NCBI GenBank assembly: GCA_038874215.1
Contig: JAVZCV010000001.1
Span: 72,725 to 98,416, forward strand
Reading direction: 5' to 3'
Source of the DNA: Candidatus Micrarchaeia archaeon
GTDB taxonomy: Archaea > Micrarchaeota > Micrarchaeia > Burarchaeales > JAVZCV01
Length of the DNA stretch: 25,692 nucleotides
Positions 14,713 to 22,388 of the stretch are shown here, one piece after another; the stretch's first letter is position 1; each line of letters opens with the position of its first letter. The position numbers and the translations under genes are program-made. The notes under the pieces are model-generated. The model was not told the origin of the DNA. It ran no database searches and saw nothing but the letters and a program-made list of their open reading frames with translations.

Positions 14713-16404
14713 TCAGCGGTTTGCGAGGATGAAGAAAAGCTTTTTCTCTTCTTTTTTGTCAAGCCTGCAAAAGCCGTATCTCTCAAACTGCACTATTTTC
14801 CCTATTTCAAGCTCACTGCATGAAGCTTCGCAAAAGCCGCTCTCTACTTTCATGCTTTCTGGATTGAAATCCTCACCTATAAATAGGTCGCCTATAACTG
14901 CTACTTCGGCTTCAATGTATTCCTCGCTCACCCATTGGATTTTTTTTGTGCTTTCTAGGACTGCATCGCCCGCATAATCCGTGATGCATTTTTCCTTATC
15001 AACCACCCTCACATTGTAGAGGTCTTTTAGCCTGAAAATATCCCCGCTATTGACGCTATCCCAATCAGAGGCAGGTATGTGGAAAAGATTACCTGTTTTG
15101 AATTTTCTGAAGCCCATACCTCTCTCAGGATGCTTTGCGAGCGAAACCTCGTATTGTGGTGCATTCTCAACCTTTATTTTTACAGGATTGGGAACGAAAA
15201 AGTACCGTTCCGCGAGCGGGTCAAGGAATTTCCTGTTTTCAGCGAAAAGCAAATCCCAAGAAGGCTCGCTCTCTGTTTTGCTTAACCCGAAGTAGAGGAC
15301 GAATTCCCTTATAGCATGCGCGGTTATTCCCCTTCTTTTCAGCCCCCGTATTGTTGGCATTCGGGGGTCGTCCCATCCCTGCACCATTCCCTCTTCAACA
15401 AGCGGTTTAAGAAAACGCTTGCTTAGTTTCGTGCCTTTGAGGTTAAGCCTAGCAAAATCATAAACGGCTGGCTTCCTCATGCCCAATCTATCAAGAATAT
15501 AGTAATAAAGCTCGTCCCTAAGCTCGTACTCCTTGCTCCTTAAAGCATGCGTCACTCCCTCAATAGAGTCCGCTATGCACACCTCAAAGTCGTAGGTTGG
15601 CCAGACGATGTACTTTTCGCCCTGCCTATAATGACGTTCATAAATTATTCGGAATAGTGTTGGATCGCGCATTACGGTGTTTGCAGAGCTCATATCGCCT
15701 TTAAGACGCAGTATCGCATCGCCTGCATCGTATGCGCCGAAAAGCATGTCCCCCCAAAGCTCCATGTTCTCCTCAACGCTCCTGCTCCTGCATTCGCACT
15801 CTCTTCCTTCTTCCCTATGCTTGTTTATTGTATCCCGCGGGCATAGGCAAACATACGCATCGCCCTGCTCTATCAGTTTCACTGCGCATTTATAGAATGT
15901 GGGCATCATATCTGAAGCATAACTTTCCCCATCAAAATTAAGCCCAAGCCAAGCCAGATCCTCCTTTATCCCATCTACGAATTCCTGCGATTCTTTTTCT
16001 GGGTTAGTGTCGTCAAACCTCAAGAGACACCTTCCCTTATACTGCCGTGAAGCCTCGTAGGATAGAAATGCCGCCTTCGCATGCCCTATGTGGAGATAAC
16101 CATTCGGCTCTGGGAGAAACCGCGTTACAACACTTCCTTCCATTGCGCCTTCAAGCCTTATTTTTTTCTCCTCCTCTTTTTTCTTTTCAAAAGTGTATGC
16201 TGCAAGCATTTCTTTTATCGTAGTCATGTCCATTGAGTTTACTTCATTTACTGTTTTCTCAACCTGTTTTATTAGTTCGCCCATGCGGATTTTTGCCTCT
16301 GGATGTTCTGCTATCACTTTTCCTATTACTGCCCCTTTCTCCGCCTTTCCAAAATCTGCGGCATTTTTAAGGGCGTATTTTAGTATACTCTCCTCTATTT
16401 TCAA
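14713..16404 (-). CDS. gltX: Glutamate--tRNA ligase (archaeal type)
   Basis: TRFLPEPNGYLHIGH, RFDDTNP, KLSKR, WDDPRMPT and QFERYGF. TTG start with SD GGTG. Confidence 0.97.
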   Translation of the reverse strand: MKIEESILKYALKNAADFGKAEKGAVIGKVIAEHPEAKIRMGELIKQVEKTVNEVNSMDMTTIKEMLAAYTFEKKKEEEKKIRLEGAMEGSVVTRFLPEPNGYLHIGHAKAAFLSYEASRQYKGRCLLRFDDTNPEKESQEFVDGIKEDLAWLGLNFDGESYASDMMPTFYKCAVKLIEQGDAYVCLCPRDTINKHREEGRECECRSRSVEENMELWGDMLFGAYDAGDAILRLKGDMSSANTVMRDPTLFRIIYERHYRQGEKYIVWPTYDFEVCIADSIEGVTHALRSKEYELRDELYYYILDRLGMRKPAVYDFARLNLKGTKLSKRFLKPLVEEGMVQGWDDPRMPTIRGLKRRGITAHAIREFVLYFGLSKTESEPSWDLLFAENRKFLDPLAERYFFVPNPVKIKVENAPQYEVSLAKHPERGMGFRKFKTGNLFHIPASDWDSVNSGDIFRLKDLYNVRVVDKEKCITDYAGDAVLESTKKIQWVSEEYIEAEVAVIGDLFIGEDFNPESMKVESGFCEASCSELEIGKIVQFERYGFCRLDKKEEKKLFFILANR

Positions 16405-16412
16405 GGGAACAC

Positions 16413-17468
16413 CTACCTGCTCGCAAATTCAGCTATGTTTATACCTCTAAGGCAGAGGCGTTCCGCCGTTTTACCCGTTATCAAAATTTTCGCTTTCTTG
16501 AGCTCCTCTATGTTTTTGCAACCCGTAAGGAACATTGCCACTTTTAATGAATATATCCAGCTATCTATCTCGTTTTTCAGAGCTTTTTCGCCTTCAACAG
16601 CCTTTTTGAAAAAAGGAAGCGCTGCTCCGCATGCCGTTGCTCCAAGCGCTATCGCCTTTGCTACATCAATACCGCTTCTCAGCCCGCCCGAGCCTATAAC
16701 AGGTATCTTTACAGCACGGGATACCTCCACTATGCTCTGTGCTGTGGGTATTCCCCATTCAAAAAGTTCGGAGGATATATCGGCGCCTCTGTAATGCTCA
16801 ACGAAAGCCCACGATGTCCCGCCTGCACCGCCCACATCTATTGCCTTAACACCACATTGTTCAAGCATGACTGCATCCTCACGCGATATTCCGTATCCAG
16901 TCTCCTTTGCAATTATGGGGATTTGGTCCGCCAACTCACGCATCTTTTCGGCTATTCCCCTGAACTTTCTATCGCCTTCTGGCTGTACGAGTTCTTGTAG
17001 GATGTTGAAATGGATTGCGAGCGCATCCGCCTCTATATTCTCTATGCATTTAAGCAAATCTTTTGTTGAGTAGTGCTCAAGCTGCGCTATCCCTATGTTG
17101 CCTATTAGCAGAATGTCGGGTGCAGCGTCTCTTACCATGTATGTCTCCGTTAAGCTTCTGTTCTCAAGCATTGCTCTTTGCGAGCCGACCCCCATTCCAA
17201 GCCCGAGCTCCTGCGCAACCCTCGCCATCGCCCTGTTCAGCTCAAGACCTTTTTTGTGCCCCCCAGTCATGCCTTCTATTATGAGTGGAACGGATAATTT
17301 TTTCCCAAGAAGGGAGATGCGCGTGTCAACATCGCAGAAATCAAAATTTGGGGCTATGCGCTGGATGAAGTCTATGTCTTCAAAACCCGTTTTCTTGCGC
17401 TTCATTTCTACATCTTTCCCAATGCAGATGTCTGCATGCGATTCCTTCCGTGCCTCGGTTTTGCTCAT
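16413..17468 (-). CDS. fni: Type 2 isopentenyl-diphosphate delta-isomerase (FMN-dependent)
   Basis: RKESH, GMTGG, MGVGSQR, QELVQPEGD, KETGYG and GGAGGTSW. Start reassigned to ATG 17468 (MSKTEARK) because the track extension overlaps the MEMO gene. Confidence 0.96.
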   Translation of the reverse strand: MSKTEARKESHADICIGKDVEMKRKKTGFEDIDFIQRIAPNFDFCDVDTRISLLGKKLSVPLIIEGMTGGHKKGLELNRAMARVAQELGLGMGVGSQRAMLENRSLTETYMVRDAAPDILLIGNIGIAQLEHYSTKDLLKCIENIEADALAIHFNILQELVQPEGDRKFRGIAEKMRELADQIPIIAKETGYGISREDAVMLEQCGVKAIDVGGAGGTSWAFVEHYRGADISSELFEWGIPTAQSIVEVSRAVKIPVIGSGGLRSGIDVAKAIALGATACGAALPFFKKAVEGEKALKNEIDSWIYSLKVAMFLTGCKNIEELKKAKILITGKTAERLCLRGINIAEFASR

Positions 17469-17509
17469 GCAGGAGTATTTCCTGCCAATATATAAAAAGT
17501 TGTAGGCAG

Positions 17510-18340
17510 CTACTCGTTTACAAAGACTATGCTTGCGTATGCAACGACAGAGGAATAGTCGCCGCTTGCATCCCCCGAATTCGTATATTTCACGAGCACG
17601 CTTTTTTTTGCTCCTTTTGTTTTTGAGTATGCGATGGAAACCGCTATTGGAGAGAAGCCGCATATTGAATATCTTTTCATTAGCACCTTCTCAACGAAAC
17701 CGCGATAGTCAAGGTTTTTAACATTCTCCATCGCATCAAAATCTTTTTTATTCGCAGAGGCAGCGCTTTCGTAGTGCGTGAAGTCCGAGCTTGCAATAAC
17801 GATGATGTCCTTTTTGCTTTGCTCTTCTGCGCGCGCTATCGCGCCCGCAATATCTTCAACAACGCCGAGCTCATGCCTCCCCACACATACTGCAACGAAG
17901 CGAAAATCCTGGTAGAGAAATTGGATAAATGGAAGCTGCACTTCTATTGAGTGCTCGTAGGCATGCGCAACTTCGTCCAGCTCCATGTATTTTGAATTGT
18001 CAACCATGAGGCTTGCAAATTCGGCATCGCTTTTTACCTTTCCGAGAGGGGTAAGCCAGTCTTCTGTTGAGACTGAAACCTCTGCCCCATATCCTGTATG
18101 GTTTGGGCCGAGTATAACGAAGAGAGGAGGCGAATCGTAGGCTTTCTTTATTGTGGCAAATGTATAGGCGGCTGTCTGTCCCGAATACATATAGCCAGCA
18201 TGGGGGGATACTGCCGCAAAGACCTTCTCAAATTTTTCAACGTCCTTCGCTTTTTCAAACATCCTCACTAAAGAGTTGTGAAGAGATTTTTCATCACTGG
18301 GATAGAAAGAGCCTGCGACTGCTGGATAGCGCATGTGCAT
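17510..18340 (-). CDS. MEMO1-family protein (AmmeMemoRadiSam protein B)
   Basis: RYPAVAGSFYP, PHAGYMYSG, GPNHTG, EHSIEVQLPF, SSDFTHY and ICG. Start is 18340 or 18334. Confidence 0.95.
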   Translation of the reverse strand: MHMRYPAVAGSFYPSDEKSLHNSLVRMFEKAKDVEKFEKVFAAVSPHAGYMYSGQTAAYTFATIKKAYDSPPLFVILGPNHTGYGAEVSVSTEDWLTPLGKVKSDAEFASLMVDNSKYMELDEVAHAYEHSIEVQLPFIQFLYQDFRFVAVCVGRHELGVVEDIAGAIARAEEQSKKDIIVIASSDFTHYESAASANKKDFDAMENVKNLDYRGFVEKVLMKRYSICGFSPIAVSIAYSKTKGAKKSVLVKYTNSGDASGDYSSVVAYASIVFVNE

Positions 18341-18383
18341 ATTTATGATTCGGAATTTAAAAAAGTATGCGTATATTCAGAAT

Positions 18384-18932
18384 GTGGCACAGAACGTGAT
18401 AATTATAACGGGCACTCCTGGTACGGGAAAGACGAGCTTGGCGAGAGCGCTTGCAAAAAGGCTTGGTGCGCTTTTCGTTTCTATAAATGGGCTTGTGGAA
18501 GAGAAGAAACTTTGGGCGAAAATTGAGGGAGGTTGTAAAGTTGTCCGTATGGCCAAGCTTGAGGAAGAGCTAAGAAGGATGATAAAGGAATGCAGGAAGC
18601 TGGGAAAACGGATTGTAATTGAGGGGCATCTCGGCTGCGAATTGCACGTTGATGCCGATATCGTTTTAGTACTGAGAACGCATCCAGAAATTTTGAGAAG
18701 GAGATATGCGAGAAGGAAGTACCGAATTGAAAAAATTGAAGAAAATGTGATGGCGGAGATGCTTGATTACTGCGTGATAATGAGTGAAAAGAACTACAGG
18801 AAAGCCAAGATCATTGAGATTGACACTTCAAAGACAAAGCTGAAAGATACGCTGAAAAAAACCCTCGCTTTTATGGAAAAAGGTAAAGGCGAGAATGTAG
18901 ATTGGTCTGGAGTGCTCTTTGAATCTGTTTGA
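18384..18932 (+). CDS. AK6/Fap7-type adenylate kinase
   Basis: ITGTPGTGKT P-loop, hhEGH motif and KIEENVMAEM. Start moved to GTG 18384 to avoid overlap with the divergent MEMO gene. Confidence 0.88.
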   Translation: MAQNVIIITGTPGTGKTSLARALAKRLGALFVSINGLVEEKKLWAKIEGGCKVVRMAKLEEELRRMIKECRKLGKRIVIEGHLGCELHVDADIVLVLRTHPEILRRRYARRKYRIEKIEENVMAEMLDYCVIMSEKNYRKAKIIEIDTSKTKLKDTLKKTLAFMEKGKGENVDWSGVLFESV

Positions 18933-18953
18933 GGATTTTGTTCGTATGAGGCA

Positions 18954-19991
18954 TTATGAGAATATCCTCTCCAACTCCCGCTTTATTTTCGGTATTCCAA
19001 GGAGTTTATCGGTGAGTTTCATTGATTCATCACGGCTCATGAGCCCGAACTGCGACATGACCGCATCAACGCTCTCGGGTATAACTATTGATTCCTGAGG
19101 TACGGAGAGAACGAAGGAAATCGTGCCGTCGCTTGCTACAAAGGTATCGGGGTGGAAGTTCACGGTGAATGAGTCAAAGCGCGGGAGCATAAGGTCCCGG
19201 CACTTATCAACAATGTTTGCAGTTGATTTCGCATCCCGCAGGATAGCAATGCGTGTCTCTTTTTTGTATATATCAAGGAGCTCATCAAGAGTAGGAGGAG
19301 CTTCGCCGAATTTTATTTTCACGTAATGCACATGCATCAATGTGTGCGGCACCTTAAAGGCTATTGAGAATATTGGTAGGTTTTTTATTATGCTTTTCAC
19401 ATCTTCCGCATGGTGGCTGTTCGGCTTCCACGAAACCGAATCAAGTGCTGAGCCCTTCTCGTCGCTTAGGTCTGCACCACGCCTTATGAGTATTACATCT
19501 ATTCTGTCTATCTTTTGATAACGCTCGGCTATCGGCTTTATTATTCGGCAGAGTCCTGTTGTGTTGCAGCTTACAACGCGTATGTAGCGCTTTCCCCGAG
19601 CCTCATCGTAGTTGCATCGGGCATTAAAACTAACTTCTGCGATGGTTTCCTTTTCACCTCCCTGGAATATCGCCTTAACGCCCGCTGGTTCATAAAAGAG
19701 CCTCTTGTTCTCCTCGCCGAACTTATATGAGGAATCAATAACGACGTCGCTTGCCCTTACCATCTCATCTACTGTTCCATCTATTTCCCTACCAGCCTTT
19801 TTGAATAGTTCAACCATGTCCTTTGTCACAAATACTTTATAGCCTTTTATGCGGGCAAGCGTACAATCCTCGTCTGGAGTATATTTTGCGGTTCCGACAA
19901 TTTCAACTTTTGGGTGGTTTGCGAATGCATCTGCCACCCTCTTGCCTATCGTCCCGTAACCATTTATTGAAAGCTTTATTTTAACGCTCAT
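18954..19991 (-). CDS. gap: Glyceraldehyde-3-phosphate dehydrogenase, archaeal type II
   Basis: INGYGTIGKRVADA, FQGGEK, catalytic VSCNTTG, RRGAD and QESIVIPE. SD GAGGTG lies before ATG 19991. Confidence 0.95.
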   Translation of the reverse strand: MSVKIKLSINGYGTIGKRVADAFANHPKVEIVGTAKYTPDEDCTLARIKGYKVFVTKDMVELFKKAGREIDGTVDEMVRASDVVIDSSYKFGEENKRLFYEPAGVKAIFQGGEKETIAEVSFNARCNYDEARGKRYIRVVSCNTTGLCRIIKPIAERYQKIDRIDVILIRRGADLSDEKGSALDSVSWKPNSHHAEDVKSIIKNLPIFSIAFKVPHTLMHVHYVKIKFGEAPPTLDELLDIYKKETRIAILRDAKSTANIVDKCRDLMLPRFDSFTVNFHPDTFVASDGTISFVLSVPQESIVIPESVDAVMSQFGLMSRDESMKLTDKLLGIPKIKRELERIFS

Positions 19992-20013
19992 AAAACACAC
20001 CTCGTGTATAGTT

Positions 20014-20039
20014 CATACCTTTTCATACCTGGGCATACC
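20014..20039. repeat. Three direct CATACC repeats with exact 10-bp spacing upstream of gap
   Basis: gttCATACCt ttCATACCt-type units at 20011-20020, 20021-20030 and 20031-20040, with CATACC starting at 20014, 20024 and 20034. Confidence 0.75.
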
Positions 20040-20140
20040 ATAACTAGAAATGAAAAATTTATATTACTTCTTTTAAATTCTGAAATTGAAATTCTGGGAT
20101 TTCAGCATTTACCTAGCCGCTTGGCAGAAAAAAGAGAGCA

Positions 20141-20148
20141 TATATAAA
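20141..20148 (+). promoter_or_regulatory. Putative TATA box of the rpl7ae operon
   Basis: TATATAAA preceded by a purine-rich BRE-like tract, about 30 nt upstream of the K-turn leader. Confidence 0.6.
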
Positions 20149-20176
20149 TGTTTGTGGTATTAACTCTCACACTCAA

Positions 20177-20199
20177 ATCGATGACCTGAAAAGGGAGGT
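20177..20199 (+). promoter_or_regulatory. Kink-turn in the rpl7ae 5' UTR overlapping the Shine-Dalgarno (probable L7Ae autoregulatory element)
   Basis: ATC-GAT-GA-CCT-GAAA-AGG-GA-GGT: C-stem ATC/GGT, 3-nt bulge, tandem G.A pairs, NC-stem CCT/AGG capped by a GNRA loop. SD GGAGGTG is embedded in it. Confidence 0.8.
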
Positions 20200-20205
20200 G
20201 CTTTT

Positions 20206-20703
20206 ATGAAGTCTTATGTGAAATTTGAAACTCCACGCGAGATATCCGATAAGATTTATTCTATTGTGGAGATGGCACGGGATACGGGGAAGATAAGGAA
20301 AGGGACTAACGAGACAACAAAGGCGATAGAAAAAGGTTCTGCGAAACTGGTAGTGATAGCAGAGGATGTGGATCCCGAAGAGGTTGTGATGCACCTGCCT
20401 GTTTTGTGCGATGAGAAAAAGGTGCCGTATGTCTACGTGCCGGCAAAACTTGAGCTTGGCAAAGCGGCAGGTTTGTCTGTTGCGTCAGCCGCAGTTGCAA
20501 TCGAGGCTGAAGGGAACGCAAAGGAGCTCTTTGAAGAGACTATAAAGAAGATACAGCTCATAAGGGGTTCGCCCGATAAGGCAGAGGCTAAGAGTGAGGA
20601 AAAAGGCGAGGAGAAAGTCGGGGTGGAGGAGCAAAAACCAAAGAAGGAGAGGAAGCCTCGTAAGAAGAAGGAAGGGGAAAGTGCTGAGCAACCAAAGCAA
20701 TAA
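20206..20703 (+). CDS. rpl7ae: 50S ribosomal protein L7Ae with a Lys/Glu-rich C-terminal extension
   Basis: [15 protein letters not shown] and [15 protein letters not shown]. Confidence 0.97.
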   Translation: MKSYVKFETPREISDKIYSIVEMARDTGKIRKGTNETTKAIEKGSAKLVVIAEDVDPEEVVMHLPVLCDEKKVPYVYVPAKLELGKAAGLSVASAAVAIEAEGNAKELFEETIKKIQLIRGSPDKAEAKSEEKGEEKVGVEEQKPKKERKPRKKKEGESAEQPKQ

Positions 20704-20727
20704 TGAGAAGATATTCGTGGTGTTATA

Positions 20728-20928
20728 ATGCCATTTCTTGCAGAAGTTGTTGAGGTGCTTGGAAAAACAGGGATATATGGCGAAGTTTATCAGGTGCTAT
20801 GCAAGATACTTGAAGGTAAAGATAGGGGAAGGGTAATAAGAAGGAATATAAAGGGCCCTGTTAGGAAAGGCGATAAGGTAGTGTTGCTGGAAACAGAGAG
20901 AGAAGCAAAGCCCATAAAGGCGAAGTAG
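20728..20928 (+). CDS. rps28e: 30S ribosomal protein S28e
   Basis: [11 protein letters not shown]...[11 protein letters not shown]...LLETEREA. Confidence 0.96.
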   Translation: MPFLAEVVEVLGKTGIYGEVYQVLCKILEGKDRGRVIRRNIKGPVRKGDKVVLLETEREAKPIKAK

Positions 20929-20937
20929 GTTGATTGC

Positions 20938-21114
20938 TTGCGGTGTTCGTTCTGCAAAAAGGAAATGGAGGGTGGTACGGGCATAATGTATGTAAGGAGA
21001 GATGGCTCTCTACTCTATTTCTGTTCAAGAAAGTGCAGGAAGAACCTCATTGGGCTTGGGAGAAAGCCCCATAATGTAAGGTGGGTTGTAAAAGGTGCAA
21101 AGCATGGCTCTTGA
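20938..21114 (+). CDS. rpl24e: 50S ribosomal protein L24e
   Basis: Not in the track (58 aa, TTG start). Translates [36 protein letters not shown]...RW. Sits at the conserved position between S28e and ndk. Confidence 0.95.
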   Translation: MRCSFCKKEMEGGTGIMYVRRDGSLLYFCSRKCRKNLIGLGRKPHNVRWVVKGAKHGS

Positions 21115-21574
21115 AAGGACGTTTGTAATGCTTAAGCCTGATTGTGTTACGCGAGGTTTAATTGGAGAGGTTATTTCGCGGATTGAGAAAAAGGGTTTGT
21201 GCATCGTTGCAATGAAGATGATCAGGCTTGATGAGAAAAAGGTGGACGAACACTACGCCCATCTGAAGGACAAGGGATTTTATCCTGAGCTTAAAAGGTT
21301 TGTGATGGCTTCCCCAGTAGTCGCAATGGTTGTTGAGGGCGTTGGGGCAGTTTCTGTTATGCGAGATATGTGCGGTCCGACGAATGCAAGAAAGGCTCCT
21401 GCAGGAACAATAAGGGGAGATTTTTCAAACAGCGTGCAGAAGAACGTAATACACTGCTCTGACTCAAAAGAAACCGCAGAGCAGGAAATAAAGAGGTTTT
21501 TCAAAAAAGAAGAGGTTTTTGAATCGTATTCTACAAAACTCGTATATGCTGATGAAGAGGTAGGCAACCAATAG
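21104..21574 (+). CDS. ndk: Nucleoside-diphosphate kinase
   Basis: [17 protein letters not shown] and catalytic NVIHCSDS. Start taken as ATG 21104. Confidence 0.96.
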   Translation: MALERTFVMLKPDCVTRGLIGEVISRIEKKGLCIVAMKMIRLDEKKVDEHYAHLKDKGFYPELKRFVMASPVVAMVVEGVGAVSVMRDMCGPTNARKAPAGTIRGDFSNSVQKNVIHCSDSKETAEQEIKRFFKKEEVFESYSTKLVYADEEVGNQ

Positions 21575-21584
21575 AGGTGAGAAG

Positions 21585-21854
21585 ATGGTGGATTATGAAA
21601 CTGTTGAAACAAAAGAGATAAGGTATGGGAATAGGAATTTTTTGGAGATAGCGAAAAAGAAAACTTCCGAGGGTGCTGTTTTCATATCAATATCAAAAGG
21701 CTGGTTTCCCACAGAAAACGAAAAGCGTTTCAAAAATGGCATAGGTTTTCCTGCCGAGCCAGAGCTTATTGACAAGGTAATAGCTTCGCTTCAGAGCATG
21801 AAGGCAGGGCTGGGAAACGGCCCAATCAAAGTTGATGAGAAGGAAGGGGAGTAG
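21585..21854 (+). CDS. Small PC4/PUR-like putative single-stranded nucleic-acid-binding protein
   Basis: 89 aa with SD GAGGTGA. Four predicted beta-strands then a helix, with FISISKGW...KRFKNGIGFP resembling the PC4 KKGIsl motif. Fold assignment is by eye. Confidence 0.6.
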   Translation: MVDYETVETKEIRYGNRNFLEIAKKKTSEGAVFISISKGWFPTENEKRFKNGIGFPAEPELIDKVIASLQSMKAGLGNGPIKVDEKEGE

Positions 21855-21869
21855 GCACGTGGTGGTATT

Positions 21870-22352
21870 CTGCTCCTTTTCGGAGAAGAGATAGCGTCCC
21901 TTATAAAGGGCGCAGTTGATAAAAGAGTCCAAGCACAGAGCTGTGGCTTTGATTTGACTATTAGGGGAGTTTATACTTTTACTTCTGCTGGCGCCCTTGA
22001 TTTCACTAATGAAAAGAGGGAGATCAGTAAGCAGAAGCAAATAAGGTTTAGGGATGGTTGGGTTTTTCTGAGGGGAGGGTGCTACAAGGTGATGTATAAT
22101 GAGATTATAGAAGTCCCGAGGGATTGCGTTGGGATGGCGTTTCCAAGGTCAAGCCTGCTCAGGTGTGGTGTTTCTCTTCATTGCGCTATATGGGACCCCG
22201 GGTATAGGGGGAGGAGCGAATCCCTATTAGTGGTGCATAACGAGAAGGGGTTTAGGCTTAAGAAAAATGCGAGGATTGCACAGATTGTTTTTTTGAAGTT
22301 GGGCAGGGAAGCAGAGGGATATAAAGGCAGATACAGAAACGAGAACATCTAA
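21870..22352 (+). CDS. dut: Trimeric dUTPase (dCTP deaminase/dUTPase family) with a probable non-canonical CTG start
   Basis: QSCGFDLT, PRSSLLRCG, WDPGYRG, RIAQIVF and GYKGRY. Motif I lies upstream of the track's TTG 21954, and the frame is open back to 21855. Confidence 0.85.
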   Translation: MLLFGEEIASLIKGAVDKRVQAQSCGFDLTIRGVYTFTSAGALDFTNEKREISKQKQIRFRDGWVFLRGGCYKVMYNEIIEVPRDCVGMAFPRSSLLRCGVSLHCAIWDPGYRGRSESLLVVHNEKGFRLKKNARIAQIVFLKLGREAEGYKGRYRNENI

Positions 22353-22388
22353 GTTTAAAGTTAAAAAATTCATGCACGAATTATAACC

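Noticed and set aside
17469-17663. 65-aa N-terminal extension of IDI-2 in the ORF track
   Set aside because: It overlaps the MEMO1 gene, and family similarity starts at MSKTEARK (17468).
18333-18383. Head-to-head overlap of MEMO1 and AK6
   Set aside because: An artefact of longest-ORF start choice. The interval is AT-rich (TTTAAAAA) and fits a short divergent promoter.
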